A DNA stretch of 61,151 nucleotides, counting the filler, from Sphacelaria rigidula (Eukaryota): NCBI GenBank assembly GCA_964200075.2. It is 10 parts of 10 records of this genome, joined end to end, with 100 filler letters (N's around TTAATTAATTAA, not from the genome) between each part and the next. Parts side by side here need not be neighbours in the genome. Positions count along the whole stretch, not along the records: positions 6,127 to 12,151 come from CAXNAA020022719.1; positions 12,252 to 18,276 come from CAXNAA020022720.1; positions 18,377 to 24,401 come from CAXNAA020022721.1; 7 more parts are not named here. The stretch is one strand, 5' to 3'. The first letter of the stretch is position 1. Every line of letters begins with the position of its first letter. The notes beneath the pieces were generated by a model. The model saw nothing but the letters and a program-made list of their open reading frames with translations. It made no database searches and was not told the origin of the DNA. This document shows positions 10,862-21,501 of this stretch, in pieces. Both the position numbers and the translations under genes were made by a program.

Positions 10862-12251
10862 CGGTGCTGACTGATGCCGAGGGCGGGTCATACCGATTAC
10901 GAGAAATTAGATGCTCGCCGCGAAGAGAGAGGTTCTACGGTAGGAGAGTGCACTTTTTTTTTTCAAGCTCTGCACTGTAGGAACCTCTCGATGACAAACA
11001 TATGGGGCTTAAGCGTGCAGCCTCAGAAAACGTTTGGACTGGAAGTGCACCCATACCGGGGAATCACTCAAGACTTGAGTACGAACAGCATGGGCTGGGG
11101 CGGCGGGAAGCGTTGAGAAGAACGAAAGCGGGGGAAAACGGTAGGTATACCGTGCCGCGCATGAGGGGTGGGGCGGGAGGCGGGGGGCGGGGGGGATGTG
11201 TGAGTTAGTGGGTGGGTGATCGAACTGCCTCGTAGCGTCGCATGGAAGGCCCGCTGGAATGGATACGACGAAGTGCGAATTAAAAAAACGCATCGCGCCC
11301 CTCCTTCCGGTGCATTACTCATGCCGTCCAGAAATAGCGACAAAACTACTTTACAATGTCTGTGCATTTGTGATGACAATGTCGGGAATAATGTATGTGA
11401 GTGAATAGTTACACCGCAACACTACGGCATTTAAGTGGGTGGAATGCCCTCTTCATCTATGATTGCGGGAAGCCGGGGGGTGGAGGGGGAGGGGTGCAGC
11501 TTGCTTGCGTGGAAATGTGCTACCTGTACCGAAGTAATTTACAGTGAAGAACGAGGTGGCGCAGAAGGTCAAAAGTGTACATCGATTTATATTAGTGCGT
11601 CGAACGTACGCTCAGGTAGAAAATGGAATAATAACTCAACAAACACAAAAGTGCTCCCGCAAGTATACACTGCATAAATGTAAAATTAGCGCAGAGTACT
11701 CATGTAGTAGGTTGTTGCCTTTTTTTCTGTCTTGAACGGTCATAAGTTGGGGTGATTGTTCACCCCATAGAGGGGGGAAGAATCACGAATGGGAAACTGT
11801 TTCGGGTGACCCAGTGATGTGTTTTTCACTCCCATTTTCATTGCACGAAACAGAGGGGTTCAATTTTTAGTTGTGTTGCATGACCTCAAACACTCGTTGT
11901 GCTCTTTTATGCTTGTATATGACTGGAAAAGTTGGTGGGTGGTGTGTACGCGTGTACTATGTTGATACCGAGTTCAAATGGAAATCTGCTGGTTACAACG
12001 ACGATTCAGAGTGATTCTTTCGTGCGAGAAGTGGACCATACCCCCCCTCCCCCCCCCCCCCCCCCCCCCCCCCCCGGCCGGGGGCCTGGGCACCAACGCA
12101 AGGGCAACAACAAAAAAACAAAACGCCGACCCACCCCCCCCCCCCCCCCCCNNNNNNNNNNNNNNNNNNNNNNNNNNNNNNNNNNNNNNNNNNNNTTAAT
12201 TAATTAANNNNNNNNNNNNNNNNNNNNNNNNNNNNNNNNNNNNNNNNNNNN

Positions 12252-12292
12252 TGACTAAGGCAAGCAACAAATGAGTACGCCCCCCCCCCCCC
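12252..12292 (+). mobile_element. LINE family B 3' end with poly(C)
   Basis: TGACTAAGGCAAGCAACAAATGAGTACG followed by a C-run. Matches the LINE end at 6833-6870. Confidence 0.75.
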
Positions 12293-12329
12293 TCCTGCCC
12301 ATTTTCTCGCCATAATTCAGGCTCCTCCT

Positions 12330-12460
12330 GCCCGTACTCGGGACGAGTGCTTTGTCTCCAGGGATCAACCCACCCCCCCCTCGTTACATGCCCACCATTT
12401 TGGGATAGCGGATTGGATCAGTTCTCCTGCACCGAGTCGGTTTACGCCTGAAATAGTTTT
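12330..12460 (-). mobile_element. SINE family C fragment
   Basis: CTCGGGACGAGTG..AGGGATCAACCCA..CATTTTG..GCGGATT is homologous to 810-900. Confidence 0.6.
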
Positions 12461-12584
12461 TCTCTTGCCCCGACCTCACCTTCCGAAATGGCGGTGTACA
12501 GATTCTGCAAAAAGAAGGGTTTAGCTGTTTGTATTCAACTGATGAATCGATTCATCCGGAACATGCATTTATATCGCCTAAAAT

Positions 12585-12891
12585 TGCACGATGTTCGATA
12601 CCATATTTTGTCTCCCATATCCTATCCTGCGATATCGTATTGCGCAGTAAGTGATATCGCGAGGTACGAGATACGGTATGTGCATTGTCATGTGTAATTA
12701 CCGGGTTGGTTCTAGAATCTTCACGTATTGGGGGGAATTTGGAAGCGAACATTTCAATATCGCATCCGATATCGTGCGATATCACGATATATATATATAT
12801 ATATATTACATAGGATATCGTCTTCGTATCCGAATTGACAGCAAATACCGGATATCGTATCTGGTCATTTTTTTTTCGATATCCATTACTA
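12585..12891. repeat. GATATC-rich degenerate repeat, probably a DNA-transposon end
   Basis: Dense GATATC/CGATAT motifs and an (AT)n run ending in CCATTACTA. No matching opposite terminus found. Confidence 0.35.
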
Positions 12892-13601
12892 CCAGAGATA
12901 ATCGGTCCGAGGGGGTCCTCGGGGGGTTCATAATTGTCGATACATAGCGCCAGTGTTGTTTATCTGGGGAATTTACGTGAGGAGAACGGCAAGCGTCCCG
13001 TGTTGGGATGCTTGAAGCCGATCGAACACAATCACGAACAAGTCACGGACGGATTTGGTTGCCTAGTGGCCCAGTGCATTCGTCGAAAGCGCAGACGAAC
13101 TACGTCGTCGTCCGACGGGTGAGCAACAAACAAGAGCTCAAAGTGACGCGGAATCGGGGGATGTCGTTAGCTCTTGGGTTTGATGCTGTTTGGGGAACAT
13201 GTCAGCTTGAGGTGGGAAATCTCGGAGCAAAACCTAAACCAGTCGAACATCGTTCATGGACGCGAAAATAGACGGCGATATTGAGAACGGACAGGGGGCG
13301 CGATCGCGGTAGCTATGGAATACAAGTAAACTTCGTTGGTTCGCCCTTCAGTGCCACATGTTCGTTACGCTTTACGCCAGCGTGAGGAGTAAAAGTCTGC
13401 CTATTTTTTTTCCACTCGCAGATTTTGCTTGTTCATTGACACCACCAAAAAAAAAGCATCATTTCAGGATGATACGTGGTTCTCTGCCTCAACAACGGAC
13501 GGCATAAAGTAGGGCTCAGCCCGGGCTCTTCGTTCGTTTTCTCGCATTCATAACTGATCTAATCCCGCATCTTGTCGGAATTCCCTTCCGCTCTGTCACA
13601 G

Positions 13602-13769
13602 GACGGCACTGGTGTTGTGGATATCTTGCAAGGAGCCACCATATCCGACAACGGCTGCAGTGTCCTCGCGGGCTACACGGAAGGCGATTGGTTCAGCACA
13701 AATAAGGGATCGGCGGACTTCGCAGCTGTGAAGCTCGATGCCGATGGCGAGGTGCTGTGGTCATGGCAG
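13602..13769 (+). CDS. Beta-propeller-like repeat protein, repeat exon 1 (phase 0-0)
   Basis: CACAG|..|GTAACG; 168 nt; DGTGVVDILQGATISDNGCSVLAGYTEGDWFSTNKGSADFAAVKLDADGEVLWSWQ. Confidence 0.85.
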
Positions 13770-14218
13770 GTAACGTCATGTTTTTATCTTGTATCGTCGT
13801 AAGCCTTGATACTGTAGTAGTACTATGCGCCGGGTGATTCAGCGCAGCAGCAACAGAACGCTGTTTGTTTTCTCACCTGTGTCAATTGCTCAAGAGAGGT
13901 GTTGGATCCACGGCTTTCCTTTGCTTCCTTTCGCACTTGGGAGAGGGACTAGGGTCATCCCTCTTCGTGGATTATCTGCTCAAGTACAGGACACGACGCT
14001 CGGTGCCGTAGACTATGAAACCGCTGTATTACAAAAGTGCATAGCTTGAGCAGCACTCGAAAAAAATAGTACGGTAGCGCATCACAAAAACCATACCATT
14101 CTATCCTCATGGCGGACAATGCTTGTGGATCTGCCTGCAGCCGTTAGTGTGACTCATACGACTAGTGCTCACTCCCGGCTGACCTGCTTTTGCCTCCCGC
14201 GACTTCTGTTGGGCACAG

Positions 14219-14386
14219 GGCGGCACAGGCGGCAAAGACAAACTGCAAGCTGCGGCCATGGCATCGGACGGGTCTGTGCTGCTGGCGGGTTACTCTGATG
14301 GTGTGTGGGAGGGGTCAAATCAAGGCGGTATTGATCTCGCCGTCGTGAAATTGAGCGCAGACGGGGAAGTGGAATGGAAGCGGCAG
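14219..14386 (+). CDS. Beta-propeller-like repeat protein, repeat exon 2 (phase 0-0)
   Basis: CACAG|..|GTGAGC; 168 nt; GGTGGKDKLQAAAMASDGSVLLAGYSDGVWEGSNQGGIDLAVVKLSADGEVEWKRQ. Confidence 0.85.
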
Positions 14387-15072
14387 GTGAGCGAGCGCGC
14401 CAACGGTAGACGCGTGTGCCTCAGGATAAAACAGAAGCGGCAACAATGTATTGCACAGCACAGCTGCGGAGTTGTGAGCGTCTTTTGCTCGCGATGTACC
14501 GCGTTGCTTTGGGATCGCAAGCGTCGCACATTGATGATGCGGTTCAGCTGTAGAGACAAGAAGCAAGAAAAAAGACTCCGATCCTGCGATGCGGCGCACG
14601 TACCCCCAGTGCATCCGTCCCATCACTACGAGTAACCTCCCTCCACTCCAAGACACACGGCCATTTTTCATCAGATCATATTAGAATGGCTCTCAGGTGA
14701 TCTTACTGTAGGTATTACCAGCATACGAGCAAGAACGCAATGCCGTCGACTATTCTCAGCTGGAGACCAGAAGGGAGCCCTTTGCCAACTACGATGGTTG
14801 ATGAAAGAGGCCGATGGTGTTCTTTTGGTGGGACGTGGTCAGATTCACGATTATTATCAGTTGGCCCGCAAGTTTCATCCTCTGATTGAGGCAACAGAAA
14901 TCATGCGTAGCTTGGTATCATCGTTTACGTTGGGTTTTACACCTGTGTCCGAGCGCACTCGAACCCTGTGGTGACCTACCTACCTTGTGACCTACCTGTG
15001 ATGCTTGACTTTTCCCTTCCGTCTGTGTGCCTGTGTTCTGTGTTTCATGTTCACTGGTGTTTCGAATGAAAG

Positions 15073-15249
15073 GACGGGAGCAGTGCGAACGAAACATGGT
15101 ATGGAGTTGATGTGGACGAAAGTGACGGTGACGAGTCGTGGGTCGTTGCTGGAACCACGTTTGGCAGGATTGGCAACGAATCTCAGGGACAGTGGGATTT
15201 CGTTGCAAGAAAACTGGACTCTTCCGGTGAAGTTGTCTGGACGTGGCAG
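15073..15249 (+). CDS. Beta-propeller-like repeat protein, repeat exon 3 (phase 0-0)
   Basis: GAAAG|..|GTGAGA; 177 nt; DGSSANETWYGVDVDESDGDESWVVAGTTFGRIGNESQGQWDFVARKLDSSGEVVWTWQ. Confidence 0.8.
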
Positions 15250-15705
15250 GTGAGACGTGCAACGAACGGTGCCGAATATCGTCGGGGTGTCTCCGACATT
15301 GGGCCGTGCTGGATATGGATCGAAGCCATCGCCAATCAAACACGCGCACACGGATGTGTATGCGAGCTGGGCCAGCTGACAGTGATTTTTGAATGAAATC
15401 ATGGCGACGCGACTGGTTATTCAAAGAGTAGGGCGCTGAAATTTTGACCCGACATTTTCATCATAAACCCGCGTAACATGATGTGGGGTGCAGAGGAAAA
15501 ACAAAACACAACGGGAAGCTAAAACGATTTGGAGTTTCAGAAAACATGAAAAATACTACAACTCCGTGAAGAATGGACAAATGCGGCCGCACCCCGAACA
15601 ATGTTGTGGGCACTCGCGTCCAGGACATCCTGGTGACGTTTCGGCCGAAAATACAAAATAAATACCTCTTATTGGGTGCCGCATCGTACTTTTCGCGTGA
15701 CACGG

Positions 15706-15780
15706 CTGCCCCCCTTTCATCCAAGTGATACAGGAGACCCCAGTTATGGAGGTCATGACTTCGAATTCCGACATGTTCTC
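15706..15780 (+). mobile_element. Degenerate tRNA-like SINE head in intron
   Basis: A-box-like TCATCCAAGTGA and B-box-like ACTTCGAATTCC at tRNA spacing; no cloverleaf. Confidence 0.3.
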
Positions 15781-16388
15781 TTTTTTGTTCCGTCGTCAAG
15801 GTCATATACTACGCAGTACATTTTTTTTCATTTCTTCTTTCATTTTTTTTCATTTCTTTTTTCAGTCAGTGGCAGTGCCGTGTGTCACCAGGTTGGTATG
15901 CAGTTTACAGCGATATGCTCAAGTCGCGCTGATTTGGGAAACTTGAGAAGTTGTGGTGTGGGAAGCGGATGCGGGATATACTGCTGACCCAGCTCGCATA
16001 TATTCTCTCTGAAGCCTCGTCGTGAGTCTTTGCCGTCACGTTAAACAAAGGTCCCGAGATTGACCTCCGATTCCGACAAGGACTTTGCGTCAGATACCTT
16101 CAAGAATATCCCCACAACATTTTCAAGTAGGCGGAAGTAGGTGAATATGGAGGCGTGAAAAATGGAAGGGGTCGCCACTAAATGGACCTCTTGTTTACCG
16201 TCGTTTTTTTCACGCACACATGCATACCAGCATTAATGCACCGTTGCACACAACGGTGAACGAGTTCACTTCCTCTTCGACTGGGCCGCCTGCGTAAGAA
16301 TTGCGCTCCTAATAATACTGCTGATACGAATCCTGTTGAGTTTTTCACGCCTGTCTGTGACACATGGCGTTGGTCGTTCATGACGCAG

Positions 16389-16733
16389 GACGGTACGCCG
16401 TTCAATGACATCCTCTTCGCTGTTGCCGTTGGAGAGGACGGTTCGGTGGCTTTGGGTGGACGCACAGTAGGGCTATTCGGAACGGATGCCTCCGGGGGCA
16501 ACGACTACGTTGCTATCAAACTGGATAAAGACGGAGTAGAAGAGTGGCGTTGGCAATACGGCAACACCAATAACAACGAGTTCACGTGTGTGGACGTCGG
16601 ACCTGACGGCTCCATAGTTATGGCCGGTAACACCGGAGCCGGGGGTGAAGACAACGCCTTCTTGTCGTCGTCGCACAAGGACTTCGCTGCCGTCAAATTC
16701 GATACGGACGGAAACGTGAAATGGGAGTGGGAG
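16389..16733 (+). CDS. Beta-propeller-like repeat protein, exon 4 (two repeats, phase 0-0)
   Basis: CGCAG|..|GTGAGT; 345 nt; DGTPFNDILFAVAVGEDGSVALGG..DYVAIKLDKDGVEEWRWQ + YGNTNNNEF..DFAAVKFDTDGNVKWEWE. Confidence 0.88.
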
Positions 16734-17693
16734 GTGAGTATGATCCGCACTCGGAGAAGGAACTTGTCTTCTGCTCGCCACACCGTGTGACAGAAGCCCG
16801 TATTTTGGGGGTACGCAGACAGACGCATGTGTGCGTCCCCGGATCTTGTCTTTGGAAAAGATAGCTTGAGCATCTGCTACTTGCGGGTGGCTTGAACCCC
16901 CGCTGATTGAAATTGCCATCCGTTATCCCTCACTGGGTCCAGGACATGGCTTGGGTTGTCCAGCCGATGCGATTCAAGGTTCTCAGTGAGCTTCGCTTGA
17001 AAGCCGACCACACTTCTCTGAGCATCATTCTGAAGAGTTGCTGGCTTGGATTTGTACGTGACGCGGGGCTGTGGTGCACGGCTGTAACAGTCAATTGTTG
17101 GGAGTGGACAAGGTAGTCATTGGGGGGGTACAGTGAAAGCGAGAGTCTTGGGGCTCTTGACGTGTCGAGACCGTTTCTTTTGATCCTTCACGGAAAAAAG
17201 ACTCGAGCTCACTTTGCAGCGGAATAGCTGCGAAGATTTTTAAATGACCGCGCTCAAACTAGCGTGCCACAGTAGTAGCGGTAGGTACGGAGACGCATGC
17301 GTCCTGACGACCGAGTATGGCGGTCGCTGTGATCATTTTGTCGGGCACATATCGGTGAGTCTATCGGTTTGCTGGGTAAAAGCGGCTCAATTCACCCTTT
17401 GGCCGCGATTGTAGGTGGTCATGCATCAACTTTTTCACTTGAAAGTGGTGACGATCTAACAGAAAACCTAAGAGTATGCTGGCGGTTGAAGGGTTTGAGA
17501 CTTGTGAATTACTACCGCAGGTGCTCTACGCGCTACCCTTGGTTTTGGCGATTTTTTTGTTTTTCTCATCTTGGATGACCATGGCTGGATTCCTCGGGTA
17601 TCACGTACAAACAATCGATGGATCAATCAATTAACGCGTCTCCATTACACACACCCCGCGTTATCTTGCCGTGTTTTGTCTTGGTGGCGGCAG

Positions 17694-17885
17694 GGAGAAA
17701 AGCTCTCTTGGAGCAGCATAAACGCGGTCTCAATTGCGGATGACGGATCGGTTTTACTCTCAGGTTACACTTCCGACTCCCTGAACAGCACTCTTGATCT
17801 TGACACCGCAGCCGGCGACGACGAGAACTATGACTTCGCAGTCGTTAAGCTCGATGTCAACGGCACCGAGCTATGGGTCTACCAG
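17694..17885 (+). CDS. Beta-propeller-like repeat protein, repeat exon 5 (phase 0-0)
   Basis: GGCAG|..|GTGGGT; 192 nt; GEKLSWSSINAVSIADDGSVLLSGYTSD..DFAVVKLDVNGTELWVYQ. Confidence 0.82.
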
Positions 17886-18738
17886 GTGGGTTCCGAAAGC
17901 GTCACTTGCAGGGTTCTTTTCAGACGTGCAGACGTACAAGTCGCATATGACCACCTTTATTCAAATCGAGCACGCGAAGATTACGTGCGTAACGCCGGCC
18001 ATGTAAAACTCAGGATAATCATTGAATGATTGTGTAACATTGCGACGTAGTCTTGTACCGTCCCGGGGGTTGGATCATCCTGGCTGTGGCTGTCTGAGGA
18101 GGTGACAGGAGAACCAGGGAATTGTTTTCAAGGGGCATATGAATGCCGACATTGGACGTCTAATCTCATTTTTTCTATTTTTTTTTTTCATTTCTCGCAC
18201 TGTGAACCCCCCCCCCCCGTGGTCTCAAGGGGGCCACCCCTCTTCCCCCGCTAAGCTTCTCTCCTCGAAATCCCCCNNNNNNNNNNNNNNNNNNNNNNNN
18301 NNNNNNNNNNNNNNNNNNNNTTAATTAATTAANNNNNNNNNNNNNNNNNNNNNNNNNNNNNNNNNNNNNNNNNNNNCGGGGGGCCGGGGGCGGGGGGGGG
18401 AATGGCGGGGCGGGGGGGGGGGGGGGGGGTAGGGGTGGGGGGGGGGGGGGGGGGGTGACGTCTGGCGTAGGTACGTAGTCGCAAAAGAGTGGTGCTTGTC
18501 TTCGTTTGTAGTAGACCTGTGTTCTATATCCCCTCCTTTTCCCGGTTTACAACACAGTTTACTTGCTTTTTCTCGTTGTCCTTTTTGACGGTTAATTTGG
18601 TTGGTTGGTAGCAGCATAAATTCATGTATCATTAAGTGATGTGTATCTTGGTTTATCTGGGGGTGTGCGCCATGAAGCGAGAAATACGTGAGTGTGATGA
18701 GTACCTCGTCACAGTACACTTCCTTTGTGCCATAAGTA

Positions 18739-19347
18739 CAGTCCCCTATGATTACGCGGACCCTTAATCGTGTCTTATGCCGCCGGCGATATTTTTTCGA
18801 AATATTTGATGTTTTTTGGGTCGAAACCCGTTTTTTTTTCTACGCACCCCCGGGCATACGTGAACGGCCGGAAAAAAAGTAGTCGGCCCCGCACAGGCCA
18901 TATTTAGCCCCTTCTGCAGGGGGAAAAAAGTGTCGGGAAAAAAAAGTTGACCGTCCTCGTGCTGGGATTCGACGGTAGATGGTCCCAGGACTTCGTGAAG
19001 GCCTCCTCATCATACTTCACCACCCTTTCTAACGTTCCTGCCCTCTGTCGCATCGTCACCCCGGTATGCTCCGCACTAGAGTAGTTATCGCCCATCTTAC
19101 GTAGTGCTTGGTTGTAAACCTTGAAGAGGCTCTGCCAAACCCGCTCCAACGTGTCATCGTCGTACTCCTCGCACTGCTCAAAGATAGTCTCCACTATTAT
19201 AACTCGTATATCGAACTTGCGTTCATTCCGCATACCCTCGACTTCAGAGATGCGAAGAAGCCCAAGTCGTCGACGTTCAAGTCAGGCGACTGGGCAGGCG
19301 GCGTAACTAGCTCTACCATCCAACCCTGCCCCATCCCCGCAGTCAAG
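18739..19347 (-). mobile_element. Tc1/mariner transposon remnant (C-terminal transposase, plant-mariner-like) with one candidate terminus
   Basis: Minus-strand GWMVELVTPPAQSPDLNVDDLGFFASLKSRV, a frameshift, then ETIFEQCEEYDDDTLERVWQSLFKVYNQ..GDNY..H. SPDLN..DLGFF is the mariner third-Asp motif. TA|CAGTCCCC candidate end at 18737-18746. Confidence 0.85.
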
Positions 19348-19626
19348 AATCTCGGGATTATTTTTTCCCGTGTGGGGGCTCGCGCCGTCTTACTTGACTA
19401 CCACGCCCGTTCACGTTTTCGGGGGGTCACCGTCGTGGTTGTGGGGAGTGATGGGCGTTCAAACGCGGAGAAAAGCATAAATTATCAATATAATTCTCGA
19501 AAGAATTCTCGAAAAATTCTTCAAATCGTATCAAAATTTCTACTTTTTGACCGACCAATTCTCAGTAATTTTGGCTCACATTTGTTTTTTAACGAGCCTC
19601 AGCACATCAACAGCTTTTGAAAAAAC

Positions 19627-19831
19627 CAAGGACAGGTCGAATAGAGTATACTCCATTGCGGGGTATTTTGAAAGTCGTACTTCGAGTGCACAAATTGGGG
19701 GTAGGGTTTTAGGGGTTGCTTTCCAGTTATTTTTGGGGTACGACTCGTAACACTTCACCCTAATTTGAGTACCTCAAGTACGTCTTTCGAAATACCCCGT
19801 AATTGAGTATACTCTACTCGACCTGCCCTTG
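19627..19831. mobile_element. Short MITE with CAAGG termini (P/hAT-like)
   Basis: ~60-bp TIRs (CAAGGACAGGTCGAATAGAGTATACTC / GAGTATACTCTACTCGACCTGCCCTTG); flanks GAAAAAAC / CAAAAAAC. Confidence 0.8.
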
Positions 19832-20691
19832 CAAAAAACCTAACTATAGCATCGTGTCATGACATGAAGAGACGTTGCAGTGTCTCCTTCCCAGACTCGC
19901 AGGTCACAATGTACAGATATAGGATCTTCCGATATCGAATGGGGGGGGGGGGGGAGCACAGAGCAGAAATCTGCATTATTAACTAGATGGTGGTGTAATA
20001 TGGAAGCAGTAAGGAAACAGAAGTACAATACACGTATGCGCGTCGGGGGTAGGAATTGTAGACCATTGCCTGATATGAACAGACGGCCAACAGACGAGAG
20101 CGATAAAGAACAGGCGGGGTACGAAGAAAAAAATGGAGAATTGATGAACTAGTAAATAAAAGAACAGCAAGATTTACTAAAGGAGATTAGCAGAAATGCA
20201 GTTGTATTTTTCGAGCTGTTGAAAAGCGTAGGTGCAGCTGATACCGAAGTAAAACGATGGTAGCAATTAATCAACACCACAGCAAGTACAGTCAAGGGCA
20301 AAATAAATGATCATGTGCAACAAAGTTGAAAAATGAGTTCTTTCGTTGAGAAAATGGGGGAGGACGAAGCGAGTAAGGACCGAGGCCCACGCAAGATGTG
20401 TATCGTGTAAGACTACGGTAGGGTGGGAAGAATATGCTTAAGGTAGAGGAGAGGTGACAGAGATGTATAAGAGGGAAAAGGGGAGAACAGGCAAATATGT
20501 AGCTAACGAAACAAATGAAGTTCTTGATGGCGGGATGAAGCAAGTACAAATGATAAAAATGGGTAGGGGTGAAAGGGATACTGAGCAAGCATTCAGTGAG
20601 AGAAAGGCAAGGGGATAGTGATACAAATAGCACAGAGCGATGAAATCGTCCGTTGTATCACACGCCACTTGTCCTCCTGGCCCTTTCTTAT

Positions 20692-20717
20692 GCTGCAGCT
20701 GTTGTCGTTGCTGTTGA

Positions 20718-20793
<76 letters not shown>

Positions 20794-20831
20794 GACGCTG
20801 TCGTCGGTGTTGCTGTTGTTGTCTTTGTTGT
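20692..20831. repeat. Compound (GCT)n/(GTT)n microsatellite
   Basis: Directly visible; intronic, upstream of the 20868 exon. Confidence 0.95.
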
Positions 20832-20867
20832 GACCGTCATTAACGACTGATAATGGTCATGATCCAG

Positions 20868-20947
20868 TCTGGCGCAGGCGTGGTCGGGAAGATGGTGGAT
20901 GCGGAAACGGCGGAGCAGCTCGCCTTCAAAGACAGCGATATGCACAG
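20868..20947 (+). CDS. DUF676 putative serine esterase/lipase, internal exon
   Basis: TCCAG|..|GTGTGT; SGAGVVGKMVDAETAEQLAFKDSDMH(R), resembling the TGxQLxLxD motif. Phase-compatible with the next exon. Confidence 0.7.
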
Positions 20948-20999
20948 GTGTGTATATCTGCATCTTACCGCCCTTCTTCATCTCTCTCTCTCTATCTCT

Positions 21000-21040
<41 letters not shown>

Positions 21041-21075
21041 CCTCTTTCCCTATTTATGTAATGGAATGAACTCAG

Positions 21076-21348
21076 GGACGGCTACCCGCGACAATCGTAC
21101 GGGGTGGACGCCGCGAACAACGCCGGGCGGGGCAGAAATCCAGGGGGCGGGGTGATCCCCTTGGGGACAGAGGTGGGGGGTCGACCGCCGATATTGGCCA
21201 GGATGACGGGGGAGGAGTACCTGGCGCCTCTCAGGCTGTTCCAGAGGCGGATCTTGTATGCTAATACGAAGTTGGATTCAACGGTGGATTATCCCAGCGC
21301 GAGTATTCGAACGGACGATCCTTACGCCTACGTACCGGATACAGACAT
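21076..21348 (+). CDS. DUF676 putative serine esterase/lipase, internal exon
   Basis: CTCAG acceptor; PPILARMTGEEYLAPLRLFQRRILYANTKLDSTVDYPSASI matches the DUF676 pattern PxLxxM..LxxFxRRxxYAN..DxxVxxxxxSI. Ends at a GTGAGG donor or the stop at 21352. Confidence 0.8.
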
Positions 21349-21501
21349 GTGAGGAGGGAAATTAGTTTGTGAGGGATGAGGGTGGTGACGGGGAGGGTTT
21401 CTTGGAAGGCCTTTTCTACAGGCAGTAACTCTGTTTTTCTCTCATGTGATGTGTATGTATTATTTCGACTTCATTCTTTCATTTTGTTTACTCTGGTTTA
21501 A

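Noticed and set aside
20618..21038. Poly-Leu, poly-Ala/Val and poly-Thr ORFs
   Set aside because: Translations of intronic (GCT)n/(GTT)n and (CA)n microsatellites.
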